Under the pieces are notes generated by a model, which had not been told where the DNA came from, searched no databases, and saw only the letters and a program-made list of their open reading frames with translations. The position numbers were made by a program, and so were the translations under genes. From assembly GCA_049606355.1 (NCBI GenBank), contig JBMYVL010000003.1:90001-122000 (forward strand): 32,000 nt of DNA, given 5' to 3'. This document shows, piece after piece, positions 26,427-32,000 of the stretch. Numbering within the stretch: position 1 is the stretch's first letter; each line of letters opens with the position of its first letter. This DNA comes from Opitutales bacterium (lineage in GTDB: Bacteria; Verrucomicrobiota; Verrucomicrobiia; Opitutales; Coraliomargaritaceae).

Positions 26427-27317
26427 CTATTCGACCCAGAGGTCGAAACGGCCAAAAACTTCGCGCCCGTTGACTTTTACCTGCGCAAAGACTCGGTACC
26501 ACCCGGGATTCGGTACATTAAACAAAAAACCTAAGCTATCGCCGGTAGGCTCTGCCTCGGCTAAGCGATCAATCGGATGCATGTGAGCGAAGCCACGACC
26601 CGCTTGATCAAAAGCAACCATGTGACCACGAGCGCCCATGATGGTTTGCAACTCGATGGACGCACCCGTCTGATCGCGTACCGATAAATTCATCTGATAG
26701 TCACGCCCTGTCGTGAGTTGTTCCGGCAGCCCGACGAGACTGAAATGAATGCCATCGACTACCGAGAGTCGCGTCGACTCAAACTGCGATTGTTTCGGTT
26801 GACCGCCAACAGCGAGACTGCCGGTAGCAATCATTTGTCGCCTGGTGCGCAATGGTACGATTTCAGTAAAGACACGATAGGAACCGGCGCGATTTGGCGT
26901 AAAATCAAAGCGGTAACGTCCATTCAGATCAACAGCTACTGGGTGCACATGATGGTAGTCCTGCATGGACGGATCAATCAGCATCACGTGCATTTGCTGG
27001 GTATGCGTACTCGCTAATTCGTGGGGCGCAATGGCAGTTCCCCCCAGCGTTTTAAGCGTTAAAATAACCGTGCTCGATTGCCCGACTTCAATCGCTTCGC
27101 TGGCTTCTAAGTTTATTTGAAGTGGGTATTTCAATCGCTCGAGATCCAAAAATCCGGCGTGATTCGTCGCGCAAAATTCAACCGTACCATCCGGGTGGAC
27201 AACTTCTTCGTAGTGCAGAAAGCCACACTGTGCATCCGGCAGTGCACGCAGCATGAAAAACCCCGCAATAAAAAATGCGGTGATCGCAGCTATACTGAGT
27301 TTATCCTTGGTGCGCAT
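26427..27317 (-). CDS. Membrane-anchored or secreted protein with two tandem beta-sandwich-like repeats, each carrying an HxHP motif (putative metal-binding)
   Basis: The ATG at 27317 gives 'MRTKDKLSIAAITAFFIAGFFML'. Repeat 1 is '...MHVMLIDPSMQDYHHVHPVAVDLNGRYRFDFTPNRAGSYRVF'. Repeat 2 is '...GHMVAFDQAGRGFAHMHPID...LGFLFNVPNPGWYRVF'. It lies 70 nt downstream of the SCO1-like gene on the same strand. The function is inferred only. Confidence 0.55.
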   Translation of the reverse strand: MRTKDKLSIAAITAFFIAGFFMLRALPDAQCGFLHYEEVVHPDGTVEFCATNHAGFLDLERLKYPLQINLEASEAIEVGQSSTVILTLKTLGGTAIAPHELASTHTQQMHVMLIDPSMQDYHHVHPVAVDLNGRYRFDFTPNRAGSYRVFTEIVPLRTRRQMIATGSLAVGGQPKQSQFESTRLSVVDGIHFSLVGLPEQLTTGRDYQMNLSVRDQTGASIELQTIMGARGHMVAFDQAGRGFAHMHPIDRLAEAEPTGDSLGFLFNVPNPGWYRVFAQVKVNGREVFGRFDLWVE

Positions 27318-27387
27318 ACAAGCTAGTGGCTGAGCTAACAAAACAGACTGGCATGGGGTCAAGAAATGTGGCGTTCAATCATTCCAA

Positions 27388-28257
27388 TCAATCCATCAAC
27401 GGTTGAGCCGCCTCAAGAAATGCATCGACTGACCAACGAGGACCCTCCTTTGCATACACGATCTTGCCATTGGGATCGATCAGGAAGGTGGTTATCGTAT
27501 GCGTGATGGTATTATTTTCATCCCGTGTCAAAATTCCGAATTGATACAGCAGATCTTCGATCACAGATGGATTGGATTGTGTGAGTAAATGAAAATTCCC
27601 CTCCGCAATGGCGAAGGCCTCCATGTATTCATTTAAAATACCCGGCGAGTCATAGGCTGGATCTAAGGTAATCGAAACAAAGTCGAGTGCATCCCATCCA
27701 TTCGCAGCTGCCTTCGCCTGCAACTCGACCATCTTAGTCGTCGAAGCGGGGCACATTTCCGGAACCGTACAACGCGTGAAAATGAAATTTAAGACAAAGG
27801 GTTTTCCGCGAAATTGCTTGATTTGAACAAATCGGCCGAACTGATCGAGCATTCCAAAGTTGGGGATGTAATCGCCTTGGCGCAAAGCCTTGCGCCGCGT
27901 CTTGGTAGCGGTCGATTCCTGCAGTTGCTGATTAATCACCTGTACGATCTTAGACTGCGATCCATCGATCGGAAAAATCGACTCCAAGTGCCAACGCTGA
28001 GAATAAAAAACCGCATTGCCGGCAACCAGTCGGCCCTGGTAACCGATTCGATGATCACCTGCCCCGACTCGAAAAACCATACGCTCACCCTTGGCAAAAC
28101 TATTACTCGCCGACGTGAGTACGACCTGTAACAGGCGCCCTTCTTCATACACCTCGCTCACCCGGCCTTCGATGCGCTCAGCGGCGAGAACCGAGGTCAT
28201 CAGCAAACCTAAAATCGGGACAATACGTGAAACCAACATGCCTGCACGATGGGTCAT
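27388..28257 (-). CDS. SCO1/SenC-family thioredoxin-fold copper chaperone-like protein with an extra N-terminal beta domain
   Basis: The thioredoxin-like part has 'FRGKPFVLNFIFTRCTVPEMCPAS' (Cys pair followed by Pro) and the conserved His region 'ITHTITTFLIDPNGKIVY'. There is an N-terminal signal or anchor, 'MLVSRIVPILGLLMTSVLAA'. Confidence 0.78.
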   Translation of the reverse strand: MTHRAGMLVSRIVPILGLLMTSVLAAERIEGRVSEVYEEGRLLQVVLTSASNSFAKGERMVFRVGAGDHRIGYQGRLVAGNAVFYSQRWHLESIFPIDGSQSKIVQVINQQLQESTATKTRRKALRQGDYIPNFGMLDQFGRFVQIKQFRGKPFVLNFIFTRCTVPEMCPASTTKMVELQAKAAANGWDALDFVSITLDPAYDSPGILNEYMEAFAIAEGNFHLLTQSNPSVIEDLLYQFGILTRDENNTITHTITTFLIDPNGKIVYAKEGPRWSVDAFLEAAQPLMD

Positions 28258-28291
28258 TTTGGGGAATCTGCAAGTCAGCGACTACAGCTAT

Positions 28292-29563
28292 CTACGCTTT
28301 GAGTTTAATTTTGATGCCGCGACGCAAATAAGTCGGCACATCCAAATCCTCATCTTTGTAGAGATTCCGTTCGGTTTTGTCGAAGTAGCCACGCTGTGCT
28401 TCGGTATCAAACTTAAACTCATCCTGGTTGGTGGCCGCCGGCTTCTTCTTACGCAACTTTGATTGATGCACCGCACGCGGTGGCTTATTTTCCATCGCAA
28501 TCTGTGATTCTAAACCCAAGCCCTCGGAATCAGTCGCCCGCTCACGATTTGTTTCCATCGGATTTGGTAGCGTTTCAGGCGCAAGCTCTAGTTCCGCTTT
28601 TGCTAAGATACAAATTTCCAAACTCTCACGGCGCGCTTCATCAATCACGGCGCCAAAAACGATATCTTCGCGTGAACCGAAGCGCTTCGTCACCTGCGAC
28701 ATGATGACATTTACCTTCGCAATGCCCAGATCAGCGCCACCAATGATATTAACCAAGATACGATCTAAATTCGCGGGCCGATCGCCCATGTGCAACAGCG
28801 GACACAAGAACAATTCTTCCAGTGCGTCTTGAACGAAGTCTCCACCAGTGGCAGATCCCGTCGCAAACATGGTCTTGCCACCATGATTTTGGAAGATTGA
28901 ACGCAACGCGCTAAAATCCTGATTGATCAAACCGGTCTTGAGTAACATTGCGCAAATTGAATTTACGCCACGACCAATCCACTGATCTGCTACAGCAAAG
29001 GCATTGAGTACACTGGTGTCCTCCTCGCCTTCCTGTAGTAGCATATCATTGGGCAAGCGAATGAGGCCATGCACTCGTTTGCGCAATTCACCTAAACTTT
29101 CGTCCGCAATGCGTTGGCGACGGGCACCCTCGAAACTAAATGGCTGGGTCGCAAAAGTCAGAACCAGGGCATCCGTCTTTGCCGCAACTTCGGCGATCAC
29201 TGGGGCCACGGCACTACCAGTCCCACCACCGAGGCCGACCACCAAAATTATTAAATCCATATCCGCAATCATGCGGGCAATCGCATCGCGATCCGACTCA
29301 GCAGCTTTACGACCGATTTCTACCTCCCCGCCCGCACTCAGGCCATGTGTGACGGTACGACCAATGACCAATTTCTCGGCAATGGGTGAATTGGCTAAAG
29401 CTTGTGCATCCGTATTAATTGCCGCGAAACGAACATCGCCCAAATTGTCGAGCTTGAGGCCATCCACTGCATTGGTTCCTGCACCACCAACCCCGATAAT
29501 TTTGATCTTTAGGGCTGTCGAACTTTGACAAGTCTCGAACAGGTTCTGCGTTTCGTTGGTCAC
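28292..29563 (-). CDS. ftsZ: Cell division GTPase FtsZ
   Basis: '[15 protein letters not shown]', the tubulin signature '[12 protein letters not shown]', 'NVDFAD'-like 'NQDFSAL', and the C-terminal peptide '[11 protein letters not shown]'. The start is a GTG at 29563, with no in-frame ATG nearby. Confidence 0.95.
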   Translation of the reverse strand: MTNETQNLFETCQSSTALKIKIIGVGGAGTNAVDGLKLDNLGDVRFAAINTDAQALANSPIAEKLVIGRTVTHGLSAGGEVEIGRKAAESDRDAIARMIADMDLIILVVGLGGGTGSAVAPVIAEVAAKTDALVLTFATQPFSFEGARRQRIADESLGELRKRVHGLIRLPNDMLLQEGEEDTSVLNAFAVADQWIGRGVNSICAMLLKTGLINQDFSALRSIFQNHGGKTMFATGSATGGDFVQDALEELFLCPLLHMGDRPANLDRILVNIIGGADLGIAKVNVIMSQVTKRFGSREDIVFGAVIDEARRESLEICILAKAELELAPETLPNPMETNRERATDSEGLGLESQIAMENKPPRAVHQSKLRKKKPAATNQDEFKFDTEAQRGYFDKTERNLYKDEDLDVPTYLRRGIKIKLKA

Positions 29564-29601
29564 GATTGAGTTGCGTTTAGAAGGTGATGTGCTGCGCTCG
29601 A

Positions 29602-30816
29602 TTAACCGTTTTTAAGAACATTGATTAAGCTTCCCAATAGACTGGTCGACTTGCTGACCTGGCGTTTTTCCTCCTGCCCGGTCAATGCATAATGCAACAA
29701 ACCGAGTGCGGTGCTATACTCGGGCTTACGCAACTCCGACTTCACATTAGAGCGCAACTCGGCCGTGCGCGCCTCTAGGCCAAAGACGTTTTGCGCAGCC
29801 ACAGGCAATCCTTCCAGGCGAGCGCTCCCCCCACTGAGAATCACCCCACTGACGATATCATTGCTGTTAAAAAGTTCTGCCTCTTCGAGTTGCTCTTTGA
29901 TGATACCAAAAATTTCGTCGACACGGGCCGCAATAATTTTGGTCACGGCAGCTTTAGGGTATTCACGATCACCAATCGTCATGTCGCCAATCAGCCAGAT
30001 CGTTTCGTCCCGATCCGCCGCCTGATAAAACGCCCGACCATGTTTGATCTTAATCTCTTCTGCGCTTTTCCGGCCAGTGCGTAGGCCAATACTCAAATCG
30101 TTGCTAATATGATCACCACCGACCGGCACCACACCGGTGCGAACAATATACCCCTTTCGATAAAGCACCCAATCCGTAGTGCCGCCACCGATATCGATAA
30201 CCAGCGCACCCGCTTCTTTTTCGGCATCTTCCAAAAGCACCGCACTGGACGCGATGCTGGAAATAATCATATCTTCGACCTTGAAATCGAGTCCGTTAAT
30301 CACCCGCAAGCAGTCGCTCACTACGGCCTTATCGCCATGTACACACCAATACCAGACTTGCACTTGTTGGCCCTCACGCGCGAGTGGATTCTCCACCAGC
30401 TGCCCATCCAAATTAAACGGATTTTGTATATGGTGAATATAGGTGCGGTCATCCGGCAGTAATTTTCGCTTCGCATCTTCTTTCGCTTGCTCGATATCAC
30501 TCGCTCGCACTTGGCGATCTGACGCACTGACACTGGCAGTACCTAAATTAAAATTACCAGCTAAATGAGCTCCTGTCTGTGCTAGGTATACCGCATCCAC
30601 GCGACGCTGAGAATTGCGCTCCGCATTAATGATTGCCGTGTGTACACAGTCACTGGCTTTTCCCAAATCGACAATCACGCCTTTTTTAACGCCCATTGAA
30701 GAGCCTACGCTATGACCAATGATTTTTAATTCAGAGTCGTCGATAATTTCACCGATTAAAACCGCCACTTTCGTGGTTCCCATTTCAACGGCGGCAACGA
30801 CTCTGGAATGACTCAT
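29602..30816 (-). CDS. ftsA: Cell division protein FtsA (actin-like ATPase)
   Basis: The ATG at 30816 gives '[23 protein letters not shown]'. '[13 protein letters not shown]' and '[14 protein letters not shown]' are present. It sits between ftsQ and ftsZ. Confidence 0.93.
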   Translation of the reverse strand: MSHSRVVAAVEMGTTKVAVLIGEIIDDSELKIIGHSVGSSMGVKKGVIVDLGKASDCVHTAIINAERNSQRRVDAVYLAQTGAHLAGNFNLGTASVSASDRQVRASDIEQAKEDAKRKLLPDDRTYIHHIQNPFNLDGQLVENPLAREGQQVQVWYWCVHGDKAVVSDCLRVINGLDFKVEDMIISSIASSAVLLEDAEKEAGALVIDIGGGTTDWVLYRKGYIVRTGVVPVGGDHISNDLSIGLRTGRKSAEEIKIKHGRAFYQAADRDETIWLIGDMTIGDREYPKAAVTKIIAARVDEIFGIIKEQLEEAELFNSNDIVSGVILSGGSARLEGLPVAAQNVFGLEARTAELRSNVKSELRKPEYSTALGLLHYALTGQEEKRQVSKSTSLLGSLINVLKNG

Positions 30817-30835
30817 GTTAGACCTAGACAAAAAA

Positions 30836-31795
30836 TTAGTACAAACTCGTACGACCGCTCTGAAATTGCACAGCCGCAGCATCCCGTAAAGAAAGATCAG
30901 CACTCATAAGGTGATCTTTCAGGCTCGCGCCTACCTCACGAATGTGACGCAGGCGATCGAGCTGCGTCTTAAAATCAGTCGTCGCAGAAAATACCAAACG
31001 CGTTTTAAGAGGGGCCGCATTCTCAGCCAGGCGCTGCGCTGCACGAACCTCGATACGCTCACCAGGCAGATCGAGGTTTCCGGTATAATCTTCGAGTGAA
31101 ATCACTTGCCACTGGCGATATTCCTCGGGGTACTCCCGCTGGCAGCTTTCGAGTAACTGCGCCACATGCTCAATGCCCCGTAATGGTTTGTACTGACCCT
31201 GAGAGTCAAAATAGGGACTTAGGAAGGGTAGCTTGAGTAACGCACTCTTCGTGTACCCCACGCCAGAATAGATCGTGCCGTTGCGGGAAACGATGCGTAA
31301 CTGCCGACGTTGATCCGGGCCCATGATTACCAGACGCATGATTGGATACTGTTCTTCAATTTCAATGCGCAACGCATCCGGGAAAACACGCTCAACCGTG
31401 GCAGCGTGTACCTGTTCAACCGCTTCGAGCTTCGTCTTAATCAAATGAATATCGGCCTCTGCGAGACGCGTGCCTCGCTTGAGCTGAACCATGGAACTCA
31501 GCCACTCATTCGGCAGGACACCATCAGTCGCGTAGAGAATGCGTTCAATCGGGCGTGACGGGGGTGCGATGCGACTCGCTTGCGACCGTGCAGCTGCTGA
31601 TCGGAGTGCAGCGAGGAGCACAGCGAAAAGAACCGCCACCACGAAAGTGATGGCGCAAATTTTCAACAACTTGCGCAGGCGCTTTTTTTTTGCTTCTGGA
31701 GTGAACGGCTTCGTCCGCGTTTTACTCCCAGTGAGACTATGCCAGCTTTGCTCGCCGCTGGCACTTGTCGCGCCTTTTTGCCGTCTGGGATCCAT
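30836..31795 (-). CDS. ftsQ: Cell division protein FtsQ/DivIB (basic N-tail, one TM, POTRA domain)
   Basis: TM '[19 protein letters not shown]'. POTRA-like '[17 protein letters not shown]...[33 protein letters not shown]'. The position between ddl and ftsA fits. The ATG at 31795 overlaps the ddl stop (TGATG). Confidence 0.78.
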   Translation of the reverse strand: MDPRRQKGATSASGEQSWHSLTGSKTRTKPFTPEAKKKRLRKLLKICAITFVVAVLFAVLLAALRSAAARSQASRIAPPSRPIERILYATDGVLPNEWLSSMVQLKRGTRLAEADIHLIKTKLEAVEQVHAATVERVFPDALRIEIEEQYPIMRLVIMGPDQRRQLRIVSRNGTIYSGVGYTKSALLKLPFLSPYFDSQGQYKPLRGIEHVAQLLESCQREYPEEYRQWQVISLEDYTGNLDLPGERIEVRAAQRLAENAAPLKTRLVFSATTDFKTQLDRLRHIREVGASLKDHLMSADLSLRDAAAVQFQSGRTSLY

Positions 31796-32000
31796 CAATC
31801 AACTACACTCTGTTTACGTTCCGAGAAACGCTGCATGGCCGCGCGTACGAGTTCTGCGGCTAAGCCCTCAAAATCATAGCCCACGCAGCTAGCGCTCTTA
31901 GGCAACAGACTGGTCGCAGTCAGACCAGGCAATGAATTGATCTCTAAAAAATAAGGGACTTCATCGGCGAGCAGGAAATCAATCCGCGCAAAATCACGAC
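31795..32000 (-). CDS. ddl: D-alanine--D-alanine ligase, C-terminal 67 codons (5' part outside the window; not in the ORF track)
   Basis: My reverse-strand translation from 31998 is RDFARIDFLLADEVPYFLEINSLPGLTATSLLPKSASCVGYDFEGLAAELVRAAMQRFSERKQSVVD*. The 'RIDF...EINSLPGLT..SL.P' block is the Ddl C-terminal signature. Confidence 0.85.
   Translation of the reverse strand, partial: RDFARIDFLLADEVPYFLEINSLPGLTATSLLPKSASCVGYDFEGLAAELVRAAMQRFSERKQSVVD

Noticed and set aside
31683-31691. A9 (coding-strand) homopolymer in ftsQ and A8 in ABC-F (24838-24845), considered as phase-variation switches
   Set aside because: They encode Lys runs in basic segments of essential or housekeeping genes. There is no contingency-locus context.

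Overview
This window looks like a chromosomal, mostly housekeeping segment of a bacterium with roughly 50-55% GC by eye. I call 28 protein-coding genes. Two of them are cut by the window edges (larB at the left, ddl at the right). Two are absent from the supplied ORF track: a 52-aa small basic protein at 14426-14584 and the ddl 3' end.

Gene content, left to right:
- larB, a Tat-signal aldo/keto reductase, and a roughly 1035-aa secreted multidomain glycoside hydrolase
- gpmI and a CaCA antiporter
- ileS, an H1-like/DksA-like fusion, and lspA
- psd and two crcB genes
- the small basic protein, polA, and a mini-RNase-III-like ORF
- metG, a secreted EEP nuclease, a 2-TM hypothetical protein, and Ni-SOD (sodN)
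- rph, a secreted EF-hand protein, an ABC-F ATPase, and fbaA
- a duplicated HxHP-motif protein and an SCO1/SenC-like protein
- ftsZ, ftsA, ftsQ and ddl

The combination points to the PVC group, probably a marine Verrucomicrobiota (Opitutae-like) genome. The pointers are the small basic protein, the C-terminal module of the big hydrolase, Ni-SOD, and FtsZ being present. This attribution is inference only.

I found no rRNA, tRNA, CRISPR, transposase, integrase or recognisable defence or toxin genes. I cannot support a clear novel multi-gene system here.

The most interesting items:
1. A histone-H1-like lysine-repeat domain fused to a cysteine-poor DksA/TraR domain, sitting in the ileS-lspA slot.
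2. Ni-SOD carrying a Sec-type signal peptide, with no adjacent sodX.
3. An SCO1-like gene plus a duplicated HxHP-motif gene directly behind ftsZ.
4. Parallel loss of zinc-ligand cysteines in IleRS, MetRS and the DksA-like protein.
5. A minimal RNase-III-domain ORF after polA.

All functional calls come from motif recognition by eye. No searches were run.
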